64,000 nucleotides of DNA from Promethearchaeota archaeon (GCA_016840165.1 JAEOSU010000051.1:96001-160000), one strand, 5' to 3'. Numbered from the stretch's first letter, positions 1-10,050 are shown. Notes: generated from the letters alone by a model not told the origin. Made by a program: numbers and translations.

Positions 1-150
1 ACTTAATTAGAAAATATTCTAAATCTATATAAAAAGCTTATTACTTAATATAAAAATAAAGGTTGTTTTCCTAGTTTTTTCCTTCTTAGGATTCTATGGG
101 CAATTTTTAATTTTTTACTTACAGCACTTCAGTTTTTCTGATATTGATAA

Positions 151-312
151 TTATAATTTCCTTGCTGTTTTCTTGCTGAGATCTCTCTTTAGAATTGAAA
201 TGAACTCTTTGGTGTCTGGAAAAATGTAGGTTATTTCCCCATCGTCATTATCAATAGTGATTTCTTTATAAAAACTTCCTTTAACTTTGGTATTTAAATC
301 ATTATATCGCAT
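151..312 (-). CDS. possible small hypothetical protein (53 aa, MRYNDLNTKVKGSFYKEITIDNDDGEITYIFPDTKEFISILKRDLSKKTARKL)
   Basis: Manually read ATG(312)..TAA(151) ORF below the track cutoff; protein-like composition, no recognised motif. Confidence 0.3.
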   Translation of the reverse strand: MRYNDLNTKVKGSFYKEITIDNDDGEITYIFPDTKEFISILKRDLSKKTARKL

Positions 313-492
313 ATTTCATTAGATCGAACTCAGTACTCAAAAAGCCTCATAATATGGATATAATATCTCATTTATTTTTCTCCGTATATAGTAAAATGAT
401 TACTTATTTTTCATAATACAATAGTATTAAAGTAAAATCAACACTTATAGTAGCTCAGAACTACTTAAAATTTTTAATAAATTAGAGATTGA

Positions 493-1602
493 TTGTTAAT
501 GAATGACGAAATTGTTTATTTAGATGCAAAAACTCTCCAAAACTTCATGAGAGATGTCTTTATAGGATTGAGTTTACCAAAAGAAGATGCTGAAATCATT
601 TCAGAAGTTTTAATTGCTTCAGATCTTAGAGGTATCGATACTCATGGAATTCAGCGTTGCAAGATGTATTATGATCGTATAAAGCAAGGTATTTATGAAG
701 TCAAGACAAAAATTGATATTATTAAGGATGATCAAGCTACTGCCTTATGGGATGGTAATTGTGGAATGGGTCACGTAATTGCTTATAAAGCAATGAAGAC
801 TGCAATAGAGAAAGCTAAAAAGTATGGTCTTGGGGCGGTTGCCGTTCGCAATTCAACCCATTTCGGTATTGCAGGCTATTATTCTTTAATGGCAATTAAA
901 GAGGGGATGATTGGATTAGCGGTAACAAACGCCCGGCCATCGATCCCCCCTACTTTCGGAGTTGAACCCATGCTTGGTACTAATCCATTAACTGTTGGAG
1001 CTCCCACCGATGAGAAATTCCCGTTTTTAATAGACTGTGCTACCAGTATCATTCAAAGGGGTAAAGTAGAATTATACAGTAGAGTTGATAAACCTATGCC
1101 AGAAAATACCGTAGTGGGGGATGATGGGAACTTTCTCCGAGATCCTAATGAAATACTCGATTTAATGCTCCAACGGAAAGCAGCACTTCTACCACTAGGA
1201 GGAAAAGGAGAGGAAACTGCGGGTTATAAGGGTTATGGATATGCCACGGTTGTTGAATTATTATCTGCTGCATTACAAGAGGGCATATTTTTACGAGATA
1301 CTCTTGGAATCGAAGAGAATGGGCAAAAACGGTTAAAAGTTGGACACTTTTTCTTAGCGATAAATACGGAATTTTTTGCGGGATTGGATGCTTTTAAATT
1401 AACAGCAGGGAATATTATGAGAAGTCTTAGAAGTGCGAAGAAAGATCCAAATGCTGAAAGAATCTATACCGCAGGTGAAAAAGAATACATGGCTGAACTT
1501 GAACGAGGAACCAAAGGGATTCCTCTAAATCAAAGCCTTCAAGAGGACATAAAAGTAATGAAAGAAGAGCTTGGGTTAGATAGTTACAAATTTCCCTTCT
1601 AA
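493..1602 (+). CDS. Ldh2/Mdh2-family NAD(P)-dependent oxidoreductase (ComC/AllD-like 2-hydroxyacid dehydrogenase)
   Basis: Motifs DLRGIDTHG, RNSTHFGIAGYY, GTNPL, LLPLGG..GYKGYG; true start may be ATG 499. Confidence 0.9.
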   Translation: MLMNDEIVYLDAKTLQNFMRDVFIGLSLPKEDAEIISEVLIASDLRGIDTHGIQRCKMYYDRIKQGIYEVKTKIDIIKDDQATALWDGNCGMGHVIAYKAMKTAIEKAKKYGLGAVAVRNSTHFGIAGYYSLMAIKEGMIGLAVTNARPSIPPTFGVEPMLGTNPLTVGAPTDEKFPFLIDCATSIIQRGKVELYSRVDKPMPENTVVGDDGNFLRDPNEILDLMLQRKAALLPLGGKGEETAGYKGYGYATVVELLSAALQEGIFLRDTLGIEENGQKRLKVGHFFLAINTEFFAGLDAFKLTAGNIMRSLRSAKKDPNAERIYTAGEKEYMAELERGTKGIPLNQSLQEDIKVMKEELGLDSYKFPF

Positions 1603-1728
1603 AACCATTTTTTTAAATTAATTGTTTTTAGTCTCTTTCTCTCTTCTATAGAAATTTAAAACTCAAAGATTTATATACGCTTTTTCTTATATACATAATA
1701 ATTCTCTAAAATTTATAAGGAGAGAATA

Positions 1729-2931
1729 ATGAGGCGAAAGAAAAGGATATTTAAATATATTCTAATTTGGACTTTAATATTTGAAATATTATTTACCAAT
1801 GGAGCTAATTTATTTATTTCAGATGGTTTTTCTAATAGTAATAATACCGTCAGGGTATATGAAGTGGGAGATTTTGTAAATTCTGTTGCTATATCATACA
1901 ATGGAGAATATATAGTAGTGGGAAGTAAAGATAATTATGTGTATCTTTTTAATAATACCAGCAACACACCTATATGGAACTATGATACATTAGGAGAAGT
2001 ACAGAAAGTGTCAATGTCATTTAATGGAGATTTTATTACAGTAGGAAGTATAAATGGAAGAGTATATCTCTTCGAAAAAAACCATTCAACACCTTTATGG
2101 TATTATTGTTGTGCGCAGGGACCAATTATTTCGGATGATGGACAATATATTATTACAGGAGGATACTTTGATGATCAACTCTATTTTTTGAATAAAACAA
2201 GCAATGAACCTCTTTGGAACTATACAACAGCAAGTACCTGGCCATTTGGGACTCTATCATCGAATGGACAGTATATCGTCATCGGAGATTATAAAAATGT
2301 CAGTCTATTCGATAAAACAAATCCTATACCTTTATGGTCTTATGAAACAGAAGATGAAGTCAATGATATTGCCATTTCCTCCGATGGTCTATATATTGTT
2401 TCAGCCAGTTGGCATGGTAATGTTTACTTTTTCAATAGATCAAGTCCTAATCCTTTATGGACATTTTCACCTGAAGGAAATTCAAGATGGGTATCTATCT
2501 CATCTGATGGAAGATATGTCGTTGCTGCTGATCTTTATAATATATATCTATTCAATAGCTCAAATTCTAATCCATTATGGTCTCGTTCTATTGAAGTATA
2601 TGTGAGAGATATATCAATCTCCTCCGATGGTCAGTATATCGCTGTTGGAACCAACGGGGGGAAAGTATATCTTTTTAATAATACAAGTAGTATTCCTATT
2701 TGGAGTTTTTCTGTAGGGGATTATGTTCGTTCATTAGAAATTTCATCAAATGGTCAATACATTACTGCTGGAACTGCGAATAAAGTCTATCTGATACCTA
2801 GATCTTATAAACCACCACCCGATTATTCCTTGGTATGGATAATAATAATTTCAAGTATTAGTATTGGTGCCCTCGCTGTTGTGATCTACTTATTATACAA
2901 TATAGTGCATAGACGTAGAGTAAATGATTAA
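1729..2931 (+). CDS. membrane-anchored WD40/PQQ-like beta-propeller surface protein
   Basis: About 8 repeats of ISSDGQYIV.G....VYLF.....PLW; N-terminal signal/TM; C-terminal TM plus basic tail; many N-x-S/T sequons; AGGAG upstream of ATG. Confidence 0.85.
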   Translation: MRRKKRIFKYILIWTLIFEILFTNGANLFISDGFSNSNNTVRVYEVGDFVNSVAISYNGEYIVVGSKDNYVYLFNNTSNTPIWNYDTLGEVQKVSMSFNGDFITVGSINGRVYLFEKNHSTPLWYYCCAQGPIISDDGQYIITGGYFDDQLYFLNKTSNEPLWNYTTASTWPFGTLSSNGQYIVIGDYKNVSLFDKTNPIPLWSYETEDEVNDIAISSDGLYIVSASWHGNVYFFNRSSPNPLWTFSPEGNSRWVSISSDGRYVVAADLYNIYLFNSSNSNPLWSRSIEVYVRDISISSDGQYIAVGTNGGKVYLFNNTSSIPIWSFSVGDYVRSLEISSNGQYITAGTANKVYLIPRSYKPPPDYSLVWIIIISSISIGALAVVIYLLYNIVHRRRVND

Positions 2932-3062
2932 AATTTAAGTTAATTTTAACATTTTCATTTTTTTATTAAAAATAAGTATTCATTAAGGTTTTTTGTATAT
3001 AGTTTCTCCCCTTATTATTGTCTCTAAAACTCCAATCTTCTTTACTTGCCGTTAACAATGCA

Positions 3063-3206
3063 AGGATATACACAGCTGGAGAAAAAGAATTTTTGGCTGA
3101 ACTCGAACGAGGAACTAAAGGGATTCCTCTAAATAGAAGTCTTCAAGAGGATATTAAAGTAATGAAAAAAGAGCTTGGCTTAGGTAATTATAAATTTCCT
3201 TTTTAA
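3063..3206 (+). pseudogene. orphan 3' fragment (47 codons + stop) of an Ldh2-family gene; diverged direct repeat of 1459-1602
   Basis: RIYTAGEKEFLAELERGTKGIPLNRSLQEDIKVMKKELGLGNYKFPF matches the C-terminus of 493-1602 at 41/47 aa; no 5' part of the gene upstream. Confidence 0.85.
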
Positions 3207-3221
3207 ATCCATTTTTTTATA

Positions 3222-4328
3222 TTACTTGTTTTTTAACTTTTTCCTCTCTTCTATAATTTTTTGGTGCAATTCCTCTACAGTTAAAGGAGGCACATTTTGT
3301 TGCTGTTTTCTATGCAAGTTTATTGCTTCCGAAGGACAGCTTATAACACAATTTCCACATCCAATGCATCTTTTTAAATTAACTGAAGAAATATCATTTT
3401 CAAGTGAAATTGCTTCCATTTGACATCTATCTTCGCAAATACCACATCCAATACATAAATCTTCATTAATTACTGCATAATAATTACTTGTTGTAAAATC
3501 CGCCGGATTTGGGAGCCTTTTAAGATTAGCTATGGTTCCACAACAACAATAACAACAACTACATACAAAATCCATTTTCTGGGTGTTCCCAGGTCGAAAA
3601 ATTAATCCCTCCTCTTCGTTTTGACGTAAATAACCAACTGCTTCTTGCTTTGAGATTTCTCTACCCCATCCTTGTTCTATATACATTTTTGCTAAATCGC
3701 CAAACGCCATACATACTTCTCTGCGATCAGTCATTCTGCATGGATCACCAAGTAAATCTTGTGTTTGACGACAAACACAGTTGGTTATTAAAAATGGGCC
3801 CTCTGATTCTTGAAATAGTTTTTTAATATTATCATAACTCAATATTTCATTACTGTAATCTACTTCAATACCCACTGGTATCATGCGCATTTGGGGGATA
3901 TCAATATCCCTATTGGCGGGTCCCCAACCTTCTTGTAGATATTGCTCAAAATCCTCTAAAAATCCTTTGCTTAATTTATTTACTTGTAATTCATATATAC
4001 CAAGTATTAACAAGGCGTTAGCATATGATTTAATACCATTTACTATAGCACCCATTATCGCCCCTTTTTTTACCATATTATCCAAATACTTTTTTAGTTC
4101 CTTTAATGAATATCCTAAATCTTTCACATAGCTATGAATTTCATTCAAGGACATGAAATTAGTATATGACCCGAAATGTCCACATTTCAAAAATAGAGCG
4201 ATTTCAGCTTCTTGTGGACTGAATAGCCGCTTTAATAATCGAATTTCAACTCCTGATTCAGTGGGAGGAAATCCTAAAGGAAAGCTGTCAAAATGTTGCT
4301 GTAGTTTTCTATAGATTTCTTCAGACAT
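3222..4328 (-). CDS. 4Fe-4S dicluster (ferredoxin-domain) protein with Cys-rich middle domain
   Basis: CIGCGICEDRC and CIGCGNCVISCP; CVCR and CSCCYCCC; paralog of 39347-40477. Confidence 0.85.
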   Translation of the reverse strand: MSEEIYRKLQQHFDSFPLGFPPTESGVEIRLLKRLFSPQEAEIALFLKCGHFGSYTNFMSLNEIHSYVKDLGYSLKELKKYLDNMVKKGAIMGAIVNGIKSYANALLILGIYELQVNKLSKGFLEDFEQYLQEGWGPANRDIDIPQMRMIPVGIEVDYSNEILSYDNIKKLFQESEGPFLITNCVCRQTQDLLGDPCRMTDRREVCMAFGDLAKMYIEQGWGREISKQEAVGYLRQNEEEGLIFRPGNTQKMDFVCSCCYCCCGTIANLKRLPNPADFTTSNYYAVINEDLCIGCGICEDRCQMEAISLENDISSVNLKRCIGCGNCVISCPSEAINLHRKQQQNVPPLTVEELHQKIIEERKKLKNK

Positions 4329-4548
4329 TAGATTCTTTCTCCTTAACTTTATTTAATTTAAAGTTAATTTGGTTAAAAAAATATTTTAAAATTATTTATT
4401 CAATATAAAAAAAGGTCTTAAATTGAGGATTTAAATATTTATCACTAATTTTCACATTCTATTAATTAGGAATTAATTAAAATAGATAGCTTTCTAATTA
4501 AACCTAATTCAATGTTTTAACATTCTGTCTATGAAAAATAAATCATGA

Positions 4549-5697
4549 TTGAATATGACCGAAACCGAGCCTGATGAAGAGACTAGAAAACTCCATTCAA
4601 ATGAAATCATTCATGTAAAACCTGAACTCTTAAATAACTTTATGATTGACACCTTTAAAGGATTAGGAGTTCCGAAAAAGGATGCAAAAATCTTGGCTGA
4701 TGTACTCCTCACTTCAGATCTTAGAGGAATTGATACTCATGGAACACAACGCTTAAAGATGTACTATGATCGTATACGAAATGGTATTTATAACAAAAGA
4801 ACCAAAATTGAAATAATAAAAGAAACCCCTACCACAGCGGTGATAGATGGTAATTTTGGGTTAGGTCCCGTGATTGCTTATAAATCTATGAAATTAGCTA
4901 TAAAGAAGGCAAAAACATATGGAATTGGTTCAGTTGCCACCCGAAATTCCACACATTTTGGTATTGCGGGTTATTACTCTCTTATGGCAATTAAAGAGGG
5001 GATGATCGGAATAACAACCACTAACACCCGACCGATGGTACCTCCTACATTTGGAGTTGAACCTCTACTTGGAACCAATCCTTTGGCTATGGGAGCTCCT
5101 AGCGATGAAGTTTTTCCGTTTATTATCGACTGTGCAACAAGTATAATTCAAAGGGGAAAAGTAGAAGTATATAATAGACTAAATCAGCCTGTCCCAGAGG
5201 GATTAATTATAACAAAAAGTGGTAAATCTGAAAACAATCCTGGAAATGTTTTACATGATTTAAATGCTTCTTCCGCAGCTCTACTTCCCTTAGGGGGAAA
5301 AGGAGAAAATACATCGGGACATAAAGGGTACGGATATGCCACCTTTATAGAGATCCTTTCTTCTGCTCTACAAGAAGGAGTTTTCTTAAGAGATACTGCT
5401 GGTATTTATGTAAATGGAAATAAGAAGTTGCCAGTGGGACACTTTTTCTTAGCAATGAATTTAGAAAATTTTATAGGTTTAGATTCTTTTAAGCATACTA
5501 CTGGAAGGATTCTACGCACACTAAGAAATTCAAAAAAAGAACCTGGAGCGAAAAGGATATATACGGCTGGAGAAAAAGAATATTATTTTGAAATCGAAAG
5601 GAAAGAAAAGGGTATTCCTATTAATAGCAGTCTTCAAAAAGATATAAAAGCAATTCAAGAAGATTTAGGTTTGGATAAATATAATTTTCCATTTTAA
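4549..5697 (+). CDS. second Ldh2/Mdh2-family oxidoreductase
   Basis: Same motifs as 493-1602 (DLRGIDTHG, NSTHFG, GTNPL, GHKGYG). Confidence 0.9.
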   Translation: MNMTETEPDEETRKLHSNEIIHVKPELLNNFMIDTFKGLGVPKKDAKILADVLLTSDLRGIDTHGTQRLKMYYDRIRNGIYNKRTKIEIIKETPTTAVIDGNFGLGPVIAYKSMKLAIKKAKTYGIGSVATRNSTHFGIAGYYSLMAIKEGMIGITTTNTRPMVPPTFGVEPLLGTNPLAMGAPSDEVFPFIIDCATSIIQRGKVEVYNRLNQPVPEGLIITKSGKSENNPGNVLHDLNASSAALLPLGGKGENTSGHKGYGYATFIEILSSALQEGVFLRDTAGIYVNGNKKLPVGHFFLAMNLENFIGLDSFKHTTGRILRTLRNSKKEPGAKRIYTAGEKEYYFEIERKEKGIPINSSLQKDIKAIQEDLGLDKYNFPF

Positions 5698-5712
5698 CTT
5701 TAACTGACTAAT

Positions 5713-7137
5713 TTAATACTCATTATTTACTGGTTCTGAATGAATAATAATTTCTTTTAGATTTTCTAAAAATAGATTCTTTTTTAGTTTTTGTTCAATA
5801 TCCGAAATTAAATCATGAACTTTACTAATATTAAGGTTTCCATCAAATAACACATGTAATTCCAAGATACATGATCCTAACGCATTCCAAACTTCTATTT
5901 TATGATAATCTTTGACTTCTGGGATGGTTTTTAAGATTTTTCCAATTTCTTCCTTTATATGAGTCAAAGCTTCGGGTTCAAGGCTAGTACAAATTAATTC
6001 ACTTCTTGGTATTTGATTAAGCGGTTTTGCTTCTATATGGGTAATAATTCTCGAAATCCTGGGTACTTGTTCCTTTAAAAGCGTCTCAAATTTATGACAC
6101 ACATTATGTGCTTCTGCTAATGTAAGATTTTCATCTACGACAATAGAGAGAGAAACGTAATAATCTTGTTCAATTCTAAAGATATTTAAATCTTTTACAT
6201 CACTGATCTCAGAAAATTCACTCTTAATGGTATATAGCAAGTTTATTATAGTATCGCTCAAGGAGGCTTCGCTAGAAAGAGGATTCATTTCAATTATTGC
6301 TTCTACGTTATAAATCGGAAAATAAGATCTCCCTAATTCTCTAACAAATTTGGATATCTCATTTGCATGAACAATAGAGATATGATCTTCGACTAATAAA
6401 CTCAACTCTAAGAAAAGATTCTTATTACTTGCCCTTACTTTTAGATCCTCAACAGAAATAACGTGTTCTAATTCATTTATCTCACTTTTCATGCTTTCTA
6501 AGATTTGCATATCTATAGGATTTACATCGATTAAATTTTTAACACCTTCTCTTGATAACTTAAATGCACTAAAAATGATCCAGATTGACAAGGCTATACT
6601 GAAGTATGTATCGAAAATCTTAAGATCAAAGAACAACACCAAAAAAAAATTTATTATAACAATAACTGCTCTCATTGCGTCTTGGAATAAATTTAATCCT
6701 TGGACTCTTAAGGCTAAACTCTCTTTTTTTTTTCCTTGAAATATTAAGTATCTTGAGAAAGCAAGATTAATACCAAAAGATATTAATATTAGAAAAAATC
6801 CAATATCCGCATTAACCACTTCGTAAGACTGCGAAATAATTGAATTTATCGCATTAACGATTAAAAGAACGTAGATATTAATGAGGATAATTCCTTGAAT
6901 CATGGCTCCTACTGAATCAATCTTGGAATGACCATACATATGCTCAAAATCAGGAGGCTTTTGACTCTGGTAAAGTGCAAATATCGTTAAAGAGACAAAA
7001 AAGATATCAGTAAGAGTATCAACAGTTTCAGATAGGAAGCTAAGACTGCCTGTTATTAGGACTCCTATTAACTTTATGGAAGACTGAATTAAAATTATAA
7101 TTAACGCAAGAAAACCAAATTTTACTATAGTATTCAT
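5713..7137 (-). CDS. cation diffusion facilitator (CDF) transporter with three C-terminal ZT_dimer-like domains
   Basis: 6-TM N-terminal domain with KPPDFEHMYGHSK; three C-terminal repeats ending IEMNP, IITHIEA and IIIHSEP. Confidence 0.85.
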   Translation of the reverse strand: MNTIVKFGFLALIIILIQSSIKLIGVLITGSLSFLSETVDTLTDIFFVSLTIFALYQSQKPPDFEHMYGHSKIDSVGAMIQGIILINIYVLLIVNAINSIISQSYEVVNADIGFFLILISFGINLAFSRYLIFQGKKKESLALRVQGLNLFQDAMRAVIVIINFFLVLFFDLKIFDTYFSIALSIWIIFSAFKLSREGVKNLIDVNPIDMQILESMKSEINELEHVISVEDLKVRASNKNLFLELSLLVEDHISIVHANEISKFVRELGRSYFPIYNVEAIIEMNPLSSEASLSDTIINLLYTIKSEFSEISDVKDLNIFRIEQDYYVSLSIVVDENLTLAEAHNVCHKFETLLKEQVPRISRIITHIEAKPLNQIPRSELICTSLEPEALTHIKEEIGKILKTIPEVKDYHKIEVWNALGSCILELHVLFDGNLNISKVHDLISDIEQKLKKNLFLENLKEIIIHSEPVNNEY

Positions 7138-7249
7138 ATCATAGGAACGAAGTATTTGAATTCGTTAAAGGAACTAAAGATATAAAATAAAATAAATTTT
7201 TGTTAAAGATTCTATGACTAGAAACTAAATAAAGTGAAAAAAAAATAAA

Positions 7250-8482
7250 TTATTGATCTTTAGGCACTTTAATTTCAATATCAGAAAGAGGGTAAGAACT
7301 ACAAGGATGAATATATCCATATTTTTTGTCCGCGGCTCGCCTCCAATCCGAAATCGGGTTGACGAAGACTTCACCGGAAATTAATTGCGATCGGCAAAAC
7401 CCACACTCACCTGAGCGACATTTTGAAGGAGGCGCAAACTTTGCTCTTTCCATTGCGACAATTAAAGATTCTGTAGCTAATGCGGGGATTTCTTCTGTCA
7501 ATTCCCCCATATGAACAATCATCTTAAAGGATTTTTCAGCAAGTTCTTGGGGATATCCAGGAAGTCCAACCACATCCTTAACTTCTCCAAAAGCTTCTCT
7601 TCTAATACGTCTTAATGCAAGATTAAATTGTTCTAATTCCTTCTCAACGAAATTGTACATAATCTGTGGACCACATAAGAAAATAGAACTATTATCGATA
7701 TTGCAATGCTTTCTAATAATATCAGCAGTGATAAACCCTTGTTCACAACCTTCTAATGAAACCACTTCACAGCTTAAAATGTATATTATCTTGAATTTCT
7801 CTGGATATTTTTTTTCTAACGCTTTAAGTTCGTCGTAGTAAATAATATCATCCTCATTACTACTGCCATATAATAAGGTTAATTTCGCGTCAATTGTATT
7901 CTCAATAATCGCTTTTGCGATTGAACGAAAGGGAGTAATCCCCGAGCCACCTGCTATACCTACAATTTGTTTGGAATCTCTTAAGCGATCAAAGTAGAAA
8001 AAGCCTTCAGGCCCAGAACTTTCAATCTGCGTACCAACTTCCCAATGATCCCAAATATAAGATGTTAAAAATCCAGCTTCTTCCTTTCTAATGGTCAATT
8101 CATAAAAACCCTTAAGCGCATCATTAGGAGAAGATGCAATTGAATAAGGTCTCGTTATTTCTGTTCCATTTACATTAACTTTCAAGCTTAAATATTGCCC
8201 TGGCCTGAAGTAAGCGAGCTCAGTTGTACCCAAATCTTTATTTGGTATCAATTTAAAAGTTTTTGTGCTCTTTGTCTCATTTTTTATGCTCTTAATAATT
8301 AAAAATTGTCGAATAGGATGAAGCTTAGTAGCTAATTCATTCATAGGATCTGTTGTGATAGGTTCACTAGATGCTTTTTCAAAACGTTTCTTTCTACTTG
8401 TAGATAATTTCATAAAGGCAAGTAAATCGCGTGAAGTGCTTTTAATAGTAACATCCAATCTTTTATTATCTTCTTGATTCAT
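7250..8482 (-). CDS. FAD/NAD(P)-binding reductase with C-terminal 2Fe-2S domain (PaaE/Hcr-like), copy 1
   Basis: RPYS (FAD), GGSGITPF (NAD), LCGP, CRSGECGFC..C; 4-nt ATGA overlap with upstream gene. Confidence 0.9.
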   Translation of the reverse strand: MNQEDNKRLDVTIKSTSRDLLAFMKLSTSRKKRFEKASSEPITTDPMNELATKLHPIRQFLIIKSIKNETKSTKTFKLIPNKDLGTTELAYFRPGQYLSLKVNVNGTEITRPYSIASSPNDALKGFYELTIRKEEAGFLTSYIWDHWEVGTQIESSGPEGFFYFDRLRDSKQIVGIAGGSGITPFRSIAKAIIENTIDAKLTLLYGSSNEDDIIYYDELKALEKKYPEKFKIIYILSCEVVSLEGCEQGFITADIIRKHCNIDNSSIFLCGPQIMYNFVEKELEQFNLALRRIRREAFGEVKDVVGLPGYPQELAEKSFKMIVHMGELTEEIPALATESLIVAMERAKFAPPSKCRSGECGFCRSQLISGEVFVNPISDWRRAADKKYGYIHPCSSYPLSDIEIKVPKDQ

Positions 8483-10050
8483 TCAATAACCCCCTCTTTT
8501 ATTAGTGATTGTATAGTAAACAAGGCGGCTGTTTCCCCATCCTTTAATGAACTACTATAACCATGTCCTCGTAATCCAAAGCCTCCACAGAATTCTAATC
8601 CTTTAATATGCTTTTCATCATTCATATTTTGAAGCCGTGGTACGACTGAATCCCAGGAGTCTAATTCATAGCCATAAATTACCCCATTATATGTTCCAGT
8701 AAATCTTGAAAACGTTTCTGGTGTAGCAATTTCAATTTCTTCGATATGATCTCGTATTTGAGCACCAGTTGCGTTTTCGAAATTTTTAATTAATCCTTCA
8801 GCAAATTTCGTTTTAAGGTCAAAATATTCCTCGGGCTTAACATTATCCCAAGCTCCTGGACGAAACGCAGATGTGATCGAGATGATGCATGTTCCCGGTG
8901 GTGAACAATTAGGGATTGCTTTATTAAGGCATATTGATGCTTGAACTTTAGGTACTTCTAAATCAATAAGAGAATCATAAAGTTGATCTGTATCCATAGT
9001 ATCACATATAAAATAACTATAATCATTAAGTCCCAATTCATCTGCGGTGGTGTCTAATCCCATATATACCACTATAGTTGTAATACCATGTGTACGAGCA
9101 TTAATCTCCTTAAATGCAATTTCAGGAACTTCTGACTTTGGATGAATTAACTTATTATAAGTTAGTGTCTTGGATGCATTGCATATTAAATGATTTGTAT
9201 TAATCACTTCCCCATTTTGAGTTTCAATTCCCCATACTTGTCCATCTTTTACTAAAATCTTTTCTACTTTCGTATTATATTCAATTTTACCACCATATTC
9301 TCTAATTTTTGCTTCAATTGCAGAGGTATATTCATGAGATCGCATTTTTGGAATATAACCTCCTTTTAAAACATATCCATACACCATCGATGCAAAAACA
9401 GTAGTATTTGCTCTACTTGTGGGAACTCCTAAATACAACCAGTATGCATTTAATAACGCTCTTGCTTTTTTAGGAATATTAAGTGCATCTTGGACGTCAT
9501 CAATAGGATATGCAGCAGTCCTTAAAAAATTCGTATGTTCCCGTAATAGTACGTCCTGGTCAGGGTTGCCTCTCATTCTACCTACATAATTTGTAGCCTC
9601 ATCAATTTCTTTTCCTAATTGGAAAAAATTTTTTATTGATTGTTTGGATCCTGGGACTTGTCTCTCAATAGCCTCAATAAAATCCTCAATACCGAAAGGT
9701 AATACAGCATCAATTTTCTCTTCTGGATTAGTCACTATCAAGCGATAAGCCTCAGGTACGGGTACAAATTCTGTATCTATTTGTAATTTATCTTGAAGAA
9801 GTCTCCGAATCCCTCCATTCTGTTCTGGCGTCCCATAATCATATAATTCGTGCAAAGATGTCTCAAATTCGAATCTTCCTCTCACATAACTCGATGCGAA
9901 GCCACCAGGTAGATTATGTTGTTCAAGTAGAAGAACTTTTGCTCCCTTCATCGCAACACGAGCCGCTGCAACCAAACCCCCATTTCCTGCCCCGATTACG
10001 ATGACATCATAAGTTCTATTATCTTTTCCTTTATTATTTTGTTCATTCAT
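8479..10050 (-). CDS. phytoene desaturase/retinol saturase (CrtI/RetSat)-family FAD oxidoreductase, copy 1
   Basis: IGAGNGGL dinucleotide fold, EQHNLPGG, RGRFEFE, ATPETF, GVIYG. Confidence 0.85.
   Translation of the reverse strand: MNEQNNKGKDNRTYDVIVIGAGNGGLVAAARVAMKGAKVLLLEQHNLPGGFASSYVRGRFEFETSLHELYDYGTPEQNGGIRRLLQDKLQIDTEFVPVPEAYRLIVTNPEEKIDAVLPFGIEDFIEAIERQVPGSKQSIKNFFQLGKEIDEATNYVGRMRGNPDQDVLLREHTNFLRTAAYPIDDVQDALNIPKKARALLNAYWLYLGVPTSRANTTVFASMVYGYVLKGGYIPKMRSHEYTSAIEAKIREYGGKIEYNTKVEKILVKDGQVWGIETQNGEVINTNHLICNASKTLTYNKLIHPKSEVPEIAFKEINARTHGITTIVVYMGLDTTADELGLNDYSYFICDTMDTDQLYDSLIDLEVPKVQASICLNKAIPNCSPPGTCIISITSAFRPGAWDNVKPEEYFDLKTKFAEGLIKNFENATGAQIRDHIEEIEIATPETFSRFTGTYNGVIYGYELDSWDSVVPRLQNMNDEKHIKGLEFCGGFGLRGHGYSSSLKDGETAALFTIQSLIKEGVIE

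Noticed and set aside
3018-3206. 62-aa ORF as a functional gene
   Set aside because: The first ~15 codons are unrelated sequence; the rest is an ldh2 3' fragment, reported as a pseudogene
8479-10050. Carotenoid biosynthesis (crtI) assignment
   Set aside because: No phytoene synthase or other crt genes nearby; family membership alone does not fix the reaction
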